A stretch of DNA of 64,000 nt from a bacterium (GTDB lineage: Bacteria > Krumholzibacteriota > Krumholzibacteriia > LZORAL124-64-63). The notes under the pieces were generated by a model, which saw nothing but the letters and a program-made list of their open reading frames with translations, was not told where the DNA came from and ran no database searches. Of this stretch, positions 36,206 through 45,457 are shown one piece after another. The translations under genes were made by a program, and so were the position numbers. The first letter of the stretch is position 1. Each line of letters opens with the position of its first letter. The DNA lies in contig JANOEP010000010.1 of NCBI GenBank assembly GCA_031441465.1, forward strand, positions 32,001-96,000, in the 5' to 3' direction.

Positions 36206-37144
36206 TCAGACTCTCTGTTCCCGATACCAGGCCACGGTGCGCGCCAGGCCGGTGGCGAAGTCGATCTGGGGTTCGTAGCCGATCACTTCCCGGGCCAGCG
36301 AGATGTCGGCCTGCGAGTGCGGCACGTCGCCCGCGCGCGCGGGACCGTGGATGGCCGGCAGGTCCGAACCGGCGTGGCGCTGGATCAGCGCGTACAGTTC
36401 GTTGAGCGAGAAGCGGTCCCCGCAGGCCACGTTCACGGTGCGTCCGCCCGGGTCGGGCGCCTCGGCCGCGCACAGGTTCGCATGCACGACGTTGTCGATG
36501 TACGTGAAGTCGCGCGAGAAGCTGCCGTCGCCGTTGATGACGGGGGCCTCCCCCGCCAGCAGCTTGGTGATGAAGATGGGCACGACGGCCGCGTACTGGC
36601 TCTTCGGGTCCTGCCGCGGGCCGAACACGTTGAAGTAGCGCAGCCCGACGCAGCTCAGGCCGTACAGCTGCGAGAACACCGACAGGTACAGCTCGCCCAC
36701 GTACTTCTGAACCGCGTACGGGGACATCGGGTCGTACCGCATGTCCTCGCGCTTGGGCAGGCTGGGCGAATCGCCGTAGGCGGAGCTGCTGGCCGCGTAG
36801 ACCAGCCGCTTGACGCCGGCGTCGCGCGCGGCGACCAGCATGTTCAGCGTGCCGTCGACGTTGTGCAGGTGCGAAGTGACCGGGTCGTCGACGCTCCGCG
36901 GCACCGAGGCCAGGGCGGCCTCGTGGAAGACGACGTCGACATCCTGGCAGCAGCGCCGGGCGGTTTCGGGGTCGGTGATCGAACCCTCCACGAACGTGAT
37001 CCCGTCGCGCACGGCCGCCAGGTTCGCGAGCTTGCCGGTGGACAGATTGTCCAGGACCGTCACCCGATCGCCGCGCGCGACCAGGGCCGCCGTGAGGTGT
37101 GAACCGATGAAGCCGGCGCCGCCGGTCACCAGGCATGTCTTCAT
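36206..37144 (-). CDS. NAD-dependent UDP-sugar epimerase/dehydratase (WbpP-like)
   Basis: TGGAGFIGSH, HEAALASVPRSV, SPYAVQK, RYFNVFGPRQDP, RDFTYIDNV. Confidence 0.93.
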   Translation of the reverse strand: MKTCLVTGGAGFIGSHLTAALVARGDRVTVLDNLSTGKLANLAAVRDGITFVEGSITDPETARRCCQDVDVVFHEAALASVPRSVDDPVTSHLHNVDGTLNMLVAARDAGVKRLVYAASSSAYGDSPSLPKREDMRYDPMSPYAVQKYVGELYLSVFSQLYGLSCVGLRYFNVFGPRQDPKSQYAAVVPIFITKLLAGEAPVINGDGSFSRDFTYIDNVVHANLCAAEAPDPGGRTVNVACGDRFSLNELYALIQRHAGSDLPAIHGPARAGDVPHSQADISLAREVIGYEPQIDFATGLARTVAWYREQRV

Positions 37145-37163
37145 GTTCCCTCCGTGTTCCCGT

Positions 37164-38459
37164 CTAGAGCTTGAACAGATGCTCGCTGCGGTGACCCTTC
37201 AGCGCGTTGCGCGTGTCGACGACCGGCTTGCCGGTCTTCAGCAGCAGCGCGTGGTCGACGTTGCGGTGCGGGGTGACGATCACCGCCGCATCGAACGCCT
37301 TCAGGGCCTCGAGGTTCCAGTCCTGCAAGCGGGGCGTGGACTCGAACCCGTGCAGCGACGCCACGTGCGGATCGTACCAGGACACCAGCGCGCCGCGCTT
37401 GTGCAGGAGTTCCATGATATCCAGGGCCGGAGATTCCCGCACGTCGTCGATGTTCGGCTTGTAGGCCACGCCGACGCAGAGCACGCGGCTGCCCTTGACG
37501 GAGCGCTCGACGCTGTTGAGCGCCTCGGCGACCAGCCCGGCCACGTGCCGGGGCATGCCGCCGTTGACCTGGCCGGCCAGCTCGATGAAGCGGGCCTCCA
37601 TGCCGAACTGGCGCGCCTTCCACGAGAAGTAGAACGGATCGATGGGGATGCAGTGGCCGCCCAGTCCCGGGCCCGGGTAGAACGGCATGAAACCGAAGGG
37701 TTTCGTGGAAGCGGCGTCGATGACCTCCCAGACGTCGATGCCCATCGAGTCGCACATCAGGGCGATCTCGTTGACCATGCCGATGTTCACGCTGCGGAAC
37801 GTGTTCTCGAGCAGCTTGACCGTCTCGGCGACGCGGGCGTTGCTGACCGGAACCACCTTCTCCATGACCTGGCCGTAGAGGGCCGCGGCCGCCGCGGTGC
37901 AGGCCGGCGTCACGCCGCCGACGACCTTGGGGATGTTGCGGGTCTGGTAGACCGGGTTGCCCGGGTCGACGCGCTCCGGGGAGAACGCGAGGTGGAAGTC
38001 CTTGCCGACGACCAGGCCGCCCTCGTGCAGGCGCGGCAGGATGACCTCTTCGCAGGTGCCGGGGTAGGTGGTGCTCTCCAGGATCACCAGCATCCCGGGA
38101 TGCAGGCGCGGCGCGATGACGTCGACGGCCGACTGGATGAAGCTCATGTCGGGATCGTGCGTCTTGCTCAGGGGCGTCGGCACGCAGATGTTCACGCTGT
38201 CGCACAGGGACAGGACCTCGGGCTCGGTCGTCGCGCGCAACAGGCCGGCGTCGACGGCGGCCTTCACCTCGGCGGCCGGCACGTCGATGATGTAGCTGTC
38301 GCCCCGGTTCAGGGCCGCGACCTTGCCTTCATCCAGCTCGATGCCCGTGACCTTGAAGCCCGCCTTGCAGTACTCGATCGCCAGGGGCAGGCCCACATAG
38401 CCGAGACCGATGACGGCGAGGTGCGCGGTGCGGTTCTGGAACTTCTCCTGGATCATCAT
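37164..38459 (-). CDS. UDP-N-acetylhexosamine dehydrogenase (WbpA/WecC/TviB family)
   Basis: GLGYVGLPLA, CVPTPL, ESTTYPG, SPERVDPG, KLLENTFR, GGHCIPIDP, AYKPNIDDVRESP; start is one of the ATGs at 38456-38465. Confidence 0.93.
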   Translation of the reverse strand: MMIQEKFQNRTAHLAVIGLGYVGLPLAIEYCKAGFKVTGIELDEGKVAALNRGDSYIIDVPAAEVKAAVDAGLLRATTEPEVLSLCDSVNICVPTPLSKTHDPDMSFIQSAVDVIAPRLHPGMLVILESTTYPGTCEEVILPRLHEGGLVVGKDFHLAFSPERVDPGNPVYQTRNIPKVVGGVTPACTAAAAALYGQVMEKVVPVSNARVAETVKLLENTFRSVNIGMVNEIALMCDSMGIDVWEVIDAASTKPFGFMPFYPGPGLGGHCIPIDPFYFSWKARQFGMEARFIELAGQVNGGMPRHVAGLVAEALNSVERSVKGSRVLCVGVAYKPNIDDVRESPALDIMELLHKRGALVSWYDPHVASLHGFESTPRLQDWNLEALKAFDAAVIVTPHRNVDHALLLKTGKPVVDTRNALKGHRSEHLFKL

Positions 38460-38539
38460 CCCCATCCTCTTTTGTTCTGGCGCCGGTCGGCGGCGGACGG
38501 CGTCCGCGGCAGGCGTACCGACGCGACCGGACCGCGAAA

Positions 38540-38555
38540 AGCAAGGGGAGTGCCA
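38540..38555 (-). promoter_or_regulatory. Sigma-54 (-24/-12) promoter
   Basis: TGGCAC-TCCCC-TTGCT on the - strand, exact match to TGGCAC-N5-TTGCW. Confidence 0.75.
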
Positions 38556-38626
38556 CAAACCCTGGGAACCTGGGACCGGTTTCAGGCCGTCCCCACCCGG
38601 GTGCGCCGCCGGCGCCACCCCCCTAC

Positions 38627-38639
38627 CAACTATTTGATT
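38627..38639 (-). promoter_or_regulatory. IHF binding site
   Basis: AATCAA-ATAG-TTG matches WATCAA-N4-TTR exactly, ~70 bp upstream of the sigma-54 promoter. Confidence 0.6.
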
Positions 38640-38849
38640 TCAAACATGTTAAGAACGGTGCGGCGTACTGTCAAGACCAGCCTGGACCGTGCCGGGCCCG
38701 GCGCCGGAATCCCGCCGCGGCGGCCCCGCCCGGTGCGGTGATGAACAAAAAGGTGGTGTGCCCCGAGCTTGAAACTGACCAGCAGCGGCGCCGCTCATAG
38801 AAGAAGGGTCTCCGGCCAGTCCAGAAACCCTCCGTTTTTCTTCGAGTTC

Positions 38850-38926
38850 TGGTACGCCCGGCGGGATTCGAACCCACGACCTCTTGCTCCGGAGGCAAGC
38901 GCTCTATCCAGCTGAGCTACGGGCGC
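38850..38926 (-). tRNA. tRNA-Arg (CCG)
   Basis: Anticodon arm CTTGC-CTCCGGA-GCAAG, GGTTCGAATCC, encoded CCA. Confidence 0.96.
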
Positions 38927-38967
38927 ACGTGGAGCGGCAGCTAGTATCGCCGCTGAGGGTGCAGGGG

Positions 38968-40728
38968 TCAACCGGCTTTTACCCGGCCACTTCGGCCGTC
39001 GGCGGGCACCTCACGTCCAGCCTCGCGCAGCAGGTCGCGGGCGTAGGACCGCTGGGTCTCAGCGCCTCCCTTGACCCCGGCGCCGCCGAGCAAGCGGGCG
39101 ATCTCGTCCACGCGGTGGGCGGGGTCCAGGCACGCGACCTCCAGCAGGGTGCGCCCGCCGACCAGGCACTTCCTCGCCTGCCAGTGGGTGACGCCGTGGA
39201 CCGCCATCGTCGGCAGGTGCGTGATGCAGAGCACCTGGGCGCCGGCCGACAGCCGCCGCAGCAGGCCCGCCACCGGCAGGGCGTTGTCCATACCCAGGCC
39301 GGCGTCGATCTCATCGAAGAGCAGCAGCGGCGGCTCCTCGTCCCGCCGGCGCAGGACCGTCAGGCCGAGGTGGATGCGCGATTTCTCACCCCCGGAGGCG
39401 ATCGCCGCCACTGGCGCTGCCTTCTCGCCGGGGTTGGTTCGCACGAACAGGTCCACGTCGTCGGCCCCGTCGGTCTGCAGGCGGCAGGCCGCGCCGTCGA
39501 TCGGCAGCTGGCCCTCGGGGTCCAGGCGCGGCGTCACGCGGAACTCGAGCGCGAGGTCCGGCAACGCCAGAGGACGGATCAGATCCTCGGCGGCCCGGGC
39601 GAGCCCCGGCGCGGCCTCCCGACGCAGGCGCCGCAGTTCGGAACAGGCGCTCGTCAGCGAGAGGACGGCGGTTTCCAGGACGTGTTCGAGTCCGGCCAGA
39701 TCGTCGTCGGCGGCCTCTTGGCGGGCCACCCGATCGCGCAGCCGCACCAGGAGGTCGGTCAGCTCCGCCACGTCGCAACGGTACTTGCGCTGGAGATCGT
39801 GGTAGAGCTGGGCCCGCCGCTCGAGTTCCTCGAGATCCTCCGGACCGGCGTCGAAACCGTCCAGGAAGCGCTCGAGGGTCCTCGCCGACTCGCCGGCCAG
39901 ATCCATGGCGGCGTGCAGATTCTCCAAGGCGCCGGCCAGCCGGCTGCTGCGGCCGGACTGACGTTCGAGTTCGTGAGCGGCGCGGGACAGGCGGGCGACG
40001 GCCCCCCGGTCCTCGTCGGTCACGGCTTCGAGGGCGGCCGCGGCCGCCGCCTGCAACTCCGCCGCATGCCGGGCGACGGCCAGGGATTCGGCGATCTCCG
40101 CCTCCTCGCCTTCCCGCAGACCCGCCGCCGCCAACTCGTCGCGCTGATAACTCCAGAGCGCGAGCTGCTCGCGGCCCGACGCCACGTCGCGACGCCGCTC
40201 GGCGAGTTCCGCTGCGGCTTGCTGCCAGGCCGACCAGGCCGTCCTGACGGCGGTGCGCTGGGCCAGGCCGCCGCCGAGTTCGTCCAGCAGGTCGCGGGCG
40301 TGGCCGGCCCGTTCCAGTTCCCGCTGCTGATCCTGGCTTTGCACCGTGATCAGCCACGGTCCGACTTGATCCAGCACTTGAAGGGAAGACAGAATACCGT
40401 TGATCAGCACACGGTTGCGTCCGGCGCGGCGCAGCTCCCGGCGGATGACCAGGACCCCGTCGGCGCCCGGCATCACACCGGCCTCGCGCAGACGGGCCAG
40501 GGTTCGGGGACGCTCGACAAGGTCGAAGACGCCTTCGACATAGGCCTCGTCCTCACCGTCGCGCACGAGATCCTTGGGCACCGGGGCGCCGGCCAGCACG
40601 GACAACGCGCCGGCGATCATCGATTTGCCGGCGCCCGTCTCGCCGGTCAGCATGGTCAGACCCGGTCCGACCGCCAAGACAAGGTCGTCGACCAGACCGA
40701 ACTGGGAGATGCGCAGGGAAACGAGCAT
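38968..40728 (-). CDS. recN: DNA repair protein RecN
   Basis: LTGETGAGKS, TNPGE, IASGGEKSR, FDEIDAG, QVLCITHLP, RVDEIARLL. Confidence 0.95.
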   Translation of the reverse strand: MLVSLRISQFGLVDDLVLAVGPGLTMLTGETGAGKSMIAGALSVLAGAPVPKDLVRDGEDEAYVEGVFDLVERPRTLARLREAGVMPGADGVLVIRRELRRAGRNRVLINGILSSLQVLDQVGPWLITVQSQDQQRELERAGHARDLLDELGGGLAQRTAVRTAWSAWQQAAAELAERRRDVASGREQLALWSYQRDELAAAGLREGEEAEIAESLAVARHAAELQAAAAAALEAVTDEDRGAVARLSRAAHELERQSGRSSRLAGALENLHAAMDLAGESARTLERFLDGFDAGPEDLEELERRAQLYHDLQRKYRCDVAELTDLLVRLRDRVARQEAADDDLAGLEHVLETAVLSLTSACSELRRLRREAAPGLARAAEDLIRPLALPDLALEFRVTPRLDPEGQLPIDGAACRLQTDGADDVDLFVRTNPGEKAAPVAAIASGGEKSRIHLGLTVLRRRDEEPPLLLFDEIDAGLGMDNALPVAGLLRRLSAGAQVLCITHLPTMAVHGVTHWQARKCLVGGRTLLEVACLDPAHRVDEIARLLGGAGVKGGAETQRSYARDLLREAGREVPADGRSGRVKAG

Positions 40729-40729
40729 C

Positions 40730-41611
40730 TCAATCCCTGGCTCGTCGGCGCTTGATGGCTCCCCACTGGAGTTTGTGGCGCATGGCGCGGAAGAAGTCGC
40801 TGCGGGGGAACTTGACCAGCCGCACCGGATACTCGCTGCGGCTGTAGACGATGCGGTCGCCGCCGGCCACCGAGCAGGCCACTTGGCCGTCCGCGGTCAG
40901 GGTCGCCCCCTGCCGCGTGTCCGCGAACCGCAGTTCGACGGTCTTGTCCTCGGGGATGAGCAGGGGCCGGATCGCCAGGCTGTGGGGACAGATGGGCGTC
41001 ACGACGAACCCGCGCACGCTGGGGTGCACGATCGGACCGCCGGCGGACAGGTTGTAGGCCGTCGAGCCCGTCGGGGTGCTGACGATCAGGCCGTCGCCGA
41101 GGAAGCGGCCGAGGGTCACCTGGTCGATGCGGACCTCCATCTGGAGGGCGCGCGGCGACGGTCCCATGTTGACGACCAGGTCGTTGAGGGCTTCCAGTTC
41201 GATGTCGTCCCGGTCGGCGCGCACGACCCGGCCGCGGATGCGCGTGCGCTCGGTGACTGTGTAGTCGCCCGCGAACAGGTGGTCCAGGCTCTCGGTGAGT
41301 TCGGCCAGCGGGACATCGGTGAGGTAACCCAAGGAACCCAGGTTGATCCCCAGCAACGGCGTCGCGCGCCGGCCGATGGTGCGGGCCGCGCGCAGCATGG
41401 TGCCGTCGCCGCCGATGGCGACGACGACGTCGCAACGGTCGGGCAGCTCGTCGTCGCTGACAACCGTGACCCCCGGCGCGAACTCCGCGAGGTCGGAGGC
41501 GGCCAGCAGCGACACGCCGGCGCGCCGGCAGCACGCGGCGGCCTCGGCCACGGCGGCCGCGATTTCCGGCTTCGCGGGGTTGCCGAACAGTCCCAGTCTC
41601 TGGATCGGCAT
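40730..41611 (-). CDS. nadK: NAD(+) kinase
   Basis: GGDGTML, GINLGSLGYL, ALND, GDGLIVSTPTGSTAYNLSAGGPI, PICPH. Confidence 0.96.
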   Translation of the reverse strand: MPIQRLGLFGNPAKPEIAAAVAEAAACCRRAGVSLLAASDLAEFAPGVTVVSDDELPDRCDVVVAIGGDGTMLRAARTIGRRATPLLGINLGSLGYLTDVPLAELTESLDHLFAGDYTVTERTRIRGRVVRADRDDIELEALNDLVVNMGPSPRALQMEVRIDQVTLGRFLGDGLIVSTPTGSTAYNLSAGGPIVHPSVRGFVVTPICPHSLAIRPLLIPEDKTVELRFADTRQGATLTADGQVACSVAGGDRIVYSRSEYPVRLVKFPRSDFFRAMRHKLQWGAIKRRRARD

Positions 41612-41628
41612 GGTGGCCGCCTGTCGTG

Positions 41629-43527
41629 TCAAGTGGCCGCGCGGGCCCGTCCCGCGCGGCAGCGCAGGCGGACCCGGTCCGCGATGGCTGCCGCGTCGAG
41701 ACCGACGCTGTGCAGGATCACGTCCCGCGCGGCCTGGTCGAGGAAACGGTCGGGCAGACCGAGGGTCAGCACGTCGGGCAGGGCGTCGCCGCCCCGCGCG
41801 GCCGCCCACTCGAGCACGGCGGCGCCCAGGCCGCCGACGATGGTGTTCTCCTCCACGGTGACCGCGAGGGTGCCGGAGACCATGACCCGCTGCAGCAGTT
41901 CGGCGTCCAGCGGCTTGATGAACCGCATGTTGACCACGCCGACGGACAGGCCGCCGGCCTCCAGGAGCGCGGCCGCTTCGAGGCTGGGCGCCACCATGCT
42001 GCCGGCGGCGAGCAGCCACACGTCGCGCCCCTCGCGCAGGACCTCGGCGCGGCCGATCTCCAGGGGCGGGGCCTCTGCCGGCAAGGGGTGTCCGGGACCC
42101 GCGCCGCGGGGGTAGCGCAAGGCGCTCGGCCCGTCGTCGCGGGCCAAACCCGTGGCGAGCATGCGCCGCAGTTCCTGCTCGTCGCGCGGCGCCATGAGCA
42201 CGAGGTTCGGCACCGCCCGCAGGTAGCTGAGGTCGAAGGCGCCGTGGTGGGTCGGACCGTCCTCCCCCACCACCCCGCCGCGGTCGACGGCGAACACCAC
42301 CGGCAGCTTTTGCAGCGCCACGTCGTGGATGACCTGGTCGTAGGCCCGTTGCAGAAACGTCGAGTAGACCGCGACCACGGGGCGCATGCCCGCGCAGGCC
42401 AGGCCGGCGGCGAAGGTGACGGCGTGCTGCTCGGCGATGCCCACGTCGAAGAAGCGGTCGGGGTAGCGATCGCGGAACGCCTTGAGACCCGTGCCTTCGG
42501 GCATGGCCGCGGTGATGGCCACGACCCGCGGGTCGGCCGCCGCCGCTTCCAGCATCGCGCGGCTGAAGATGTCCGTGTAGCTGGGCACCGGCGTCGACGA
42601 CGGCTTGAGTCCCTCGGCCTTGTCGAATTTTCCGACGCCGTGGTAGCGGGCGCGGTCCTCTTCCGCGAAGGCGTAGCCCTTGCCCTTCTGGGTGACGACG
42701 TGGATCAGCACGGGGCCCTTGAGCTTGCGCACCGCCTGCAGGGTCTGCACCAGCAGCGGCAGGTCGTGCCCGTCGATGGGGCCGAAGTAGCTGAAACCCA
42801 GCTCCTCGAACAGGATCGTCGGGACGACGACCTGCTTCAGGCCCTCCTTGATCCGGCTCGCCAGCTTCTGGGCGAGCTGCCCGCGGGGGAACTTGCCCAG
42901 CATGTTCCAGAGGTCGGCCTCGAAGCGTGTGTAGACCTGGCCGGACGTGATCTTGGTCAGGTACTTGGCGATGGCCCCGACGTTGGGCGAGATGCTCATC
43001 TCGTTGTCGTTCAGGATCACGATGAGGTCCGACTGCAGCTGGCCGGCGTTGTTGAGGCCCTCGTAGGCCAGGCCGCCGGTCAGGGCGCCGTCGCCGATGA
43101 CGGCGATGACGGATTCGTCGCCGCCGTGCAGGTCCCTGGCCTTGGCGAATCCCAGGGCGGCGCTGATCGAGGTGCTGGCGTGGCCGACGCCGAAGTGGTC
43201 GTGGAGGCTCTCGCAGCGCTTGGGGAAGCCGCTGATCCCCGCCTCCTGGCGCAACGTCCCGAAGGCGGTCCGCCGGCCCGTCAGCAGCTTGTGCCCGTAG
43301 GCCTGATGGCCGACGTCCCAGATGATCTTGTCGCGCGGCGAACGGAAGACGTGGTGCAGCGCCACGGTCAGTTCGACCACGCCGAGGCTGGCCCCGAGGT
43401 GGCCGCCCGTCGAAGCCACGGTGGTGATGATCTCGTCGCGCAGTTCGGCGCACACCTTTTCCAGTTCGGCGGGCGCCAGACCGGCCAGGGCGTCGGGAAG
43501 TTCGAGGCTGTCGAGGATGCGCGTCAT
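41629..43527 (-). CDS. dxs: 1-deoxy-D-xylulose-5-phosphate synthase
   Basis: GGHLGASLGVVELT, WDVGHQAYGHK, GDGALTGGLAYE, NDNEMSIS, IAEQHA, GEDGPTH. Confidence 0.97.
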   Translation of the reverse strand: MTRILDSLELPDALAGLAPAELEKVCAELRDEIITTVASTGGHLGASLGVVELTVALHHVFRSPRDKIIWDVGHQAYGHKLLTGRRTAFGTLRQEAGISGFPKRCESLHDHFGVGHASTSISAALGFAKARDLHGGDESVIAVIGDGALTGGLAYEGLNNAGQLQSDLIVILNDNEMSISPNVGAIAKYLTKITSGQVYTRFEADLWNMLGKFPRGQLAQKLASRIKEGLKQVVVPTILFEELGFSYFGPIDGHDLPLLVQTLQAVRKLKGPVLIHVVTQKGKGYAFAEEDRARYHGVGKFDKAEGLKPSSTPVPSYTDIFSRAMLEAAAADPRVVAITAAMPEGTGLKAFRDRYPDRFFDVGIAEQHAVTFAAGLACAGMRPVVAVYSTFLQRAYDQVIHDVALQKLPVVFAVDRGGVVGEDGPTHHGAFDLSYLRAVPNLVLMAPRDEQELRRMLATGLARDDGPSALRYPRGAGPGHPLPAEAPPLEIGRAEVLREGRDVWLLAAGSMVAPSLEAAALLEAGGLSVGVVNMRFIKPLDAELLQRVMVSGTLAVTVEENTIVGGLGAAVLEWAAARGGDALPDVLTLGLPDRFLDQAARDVILHSVGLDAAAIADRVRLRCRAGRARAAT

Positions 43528-43645
43528 CGGCCCCGCCGGCCGGCGGACCGGCCCTGATTGGTGTGGCGTCGTCCGGGCCGGAGCCCGGGCGTGAACAGGG
43601 ACAGAACATAGCCCGGCCCGGGTGCGGGCCGCAACCGAAGCTTGG

Positions 43646-44569
43646 TCAACGGTCACGCTCCCAGAGCAGGCCCACCAGCGCCAGCAGTCGGGCGCTTTCC
43701 GGATTCGGCGGCAGGATCTGCCGCAGCAGGCGGGTGCCGCGGCGTCCGAGCCGGGCGGTGCGGTCCCGCGCCGCGGCGGCGCCTTCCCAACGGACCCACG
43801 TGGCTTTGTCCTGGGCCGCGTCCTTGCCGGGGGTCTTGCCGAGGGACGCCGTCGACCCCTCGACGTCGAGCAGGTCGTCGGCCGCCTGGAAGGCCAGCCC
43901 CAGTACACGCCCGGCGCGGTCGGCGGCCGCCGCCGCGGCGGCGTCGCGACCGGCCAGCAGGGCGCCCATGGCCAGCGGGGCGCCGATGAGCCTTGCCGTT
44001 TTTCCTGCGTGGATGCGCCGCACCAACCCAGCCGTCAAGGGTCGGCCCGCCGCATCGAGGTCTTCCTGCTGTCCTCCCACCATGCCCGCCGGGCCGGCCG
44101 CCGCGGCGGCGATCCGCACCAGGTCGGCGCCGCGGCGCGGGATGCCGGCCAGGATCTCGAAGGCCAGGGCCTGCAGCGCGTCGCCGGCCAGGATGGCGGT
44201 CGCTTCGTCGAAGGCGACGTGGCAGGTCGGCCGGCCGCGGCGCAGGTCGTCGTCGTCCATCGCCGGCAGGTCGTCGTGGATGAGCGAGTACGTGTGGATC
44301 ATCTCGAGGGCGACGGCCGCCGCCAGGGCTTCGTCGCGCGGCGCCGCCCGCGGCGTGCGCAGGGCGTCGTAGGTCCACAGCAGCAGCAGGGGGCGCAGGC
44401 ACTTGCCGCCGCCGAGCAGCGAGTGCGCCATGGCCCGGCGCAGCCGCGGCGGGAACCCCGGGCGCGGCGCCAGTCCCCGCCGCAGGGCCGCCCTGATCAG
44501 GCGCCGGTCGGCGGCCAGGGCCGCGGACAGCCCATCGGTGGTCGAGCCGGCGGTTGCGACCTTGCTCAT
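43646..44569 (-). CDS. ispA: Farnesyl/geranylgeranyl diphosphate synthase
   Basis: GGKCLRP, HTYSLIHDDLPAMDDDDLRRGRPT, GMVGGQ, FQAADDLLD, GKTPGKD. Confidence 0.93.
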   Translation of the reverse strand: MSKVATAGSTTDGLSAALAADRRLIRAALRRGLAPRPGFPPRLRRAMAHSLLGGGKCLRPLLLLWTYDALRTPRAAPRDEALAAAVALEMIHTYSLIHDDLPAMDDDDLRRGRPTCHVAFDEATAILAGDALQALAFEILAGIPRRGADLVRIAAAAAGPAGMVGGQQEDLDAAGRPLTAGLVRRIHAGKTARLIGAPLAMGALLAGRDAAAAAAADRAGRVLGLAFQAADDLLDVEGSTASLGKTPGKDAAQDKATWVRWEGAAAARDRTARLGRRGTRLLRQILPPNPESARLLALVGLLWERDR

Positions 44570-45444
44570 GCGATCGCCGCCCGGCGGGCCGCCGCCTCGA
44601 AGGTGTTGCGCATCAGCATGGCGATGGTCATCAGGCCGATCCCGCCCGGCACCGGGGTGTAGGCGGAGGCCCAGCCGTCCATGGCCTCGGGCGCGACGTC
44701 GCCCGCGAGGCGGTGCCCCTTGTCGGACGCCGGGTCGGCCACCCGGTTGATGCCGACGTCGACGACCACGGCGCCGCGCGCGACATGGCGGCGGTCGAGG
44801 AAAGCCGGCACGCCCAGGGCCGCGACGACGATCTCGCAGCCGGAGGTGAGCCGGGCCAGCTCCGGGGTGCGCGAATGGCAGAGGGTGACGGTCGCGTCGC
44901 CCCCCTCACCCTTGCGCGACAGGAGCATCGACAGCGGCCGGCCCACGATCACGCTCCGCCCGACGATCGCCACGTGGCGACCGGCCACGCCGATCCCGTA
45001 GTGCGCGAGCAGCACCGTCACGCCCAGCGGCGTGCAGGGCACGATCCCCGGCGTCCCGGCCAGCAGGCGGCCCAGGTTTTCCGGGTGGAAGCCGTCGACG
45101 TCCTTTTCGGGCGCGACGGCGCCCTGGATCCGGGCGGCCGACAGCGGCGGCGGCAGGGGGACCTGCACCAGGATGCCGTGGATCTCCGGATCGCGGTTGA
45201 GGTGCGCGACGAGATCGAGCAACTCCGGCTCGGACGTGTCGGCCGGCAGGCGGTGGGTCACGTGGTGGAAGCCCAGCGCCTCGCAGGCCTTGCCCTTGCT
45301 GCGCACGTAGACCTGCGAGGCGGGATCGTCGCCGACCAGGACCACGGCCAGCCCCGGCCGCAGCCCGGTCGCGGCGGTCCGGGCGCGCAGGTCGTCGAAC
45401 ACCGCGTCGCGAACCGCGGCGCCGGCGAGGCACAGGCTCGACAT
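44566..45444 (-). CDS. folD: Methylenetetrahydrofolate dehydrogenase/cyclohydrolase
   Basis: PGLAVVLVGDDPASQVYV, GILVQVPLP, KDVDGFHP, PCTP, GRSVIVGRP, TPVPGG. Confidence 0.96.
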   Translation of the reverse strand: MSSLCLAGAAVRDAVFDDLRARTAATGLRPGLAVVLVGDDPASQVYVRSKGKACEALGFHHVTHRLPADTSEPELLDLVAHLNRDPEIHGILVQVPLPPPLSAARIQGAVAPEKDVDGFHPENLGRLLAGTPGIVPCTPLGVTVLLAHYGIGVAGRHVAIVGRSVIVGRPLSMLLSRKGEGGDATVTLCHSRTPELARLTSGCEIVVAALGVPAFLDRRHVARGAVVVDVGINRVADPASDKGHRLAGDVAPEAMDGWASAYTPVPGGIGLMTIAMLMRNTFEAAARRAAIA

Positions 45445-45457
45445 CGGTGGACCTCCG

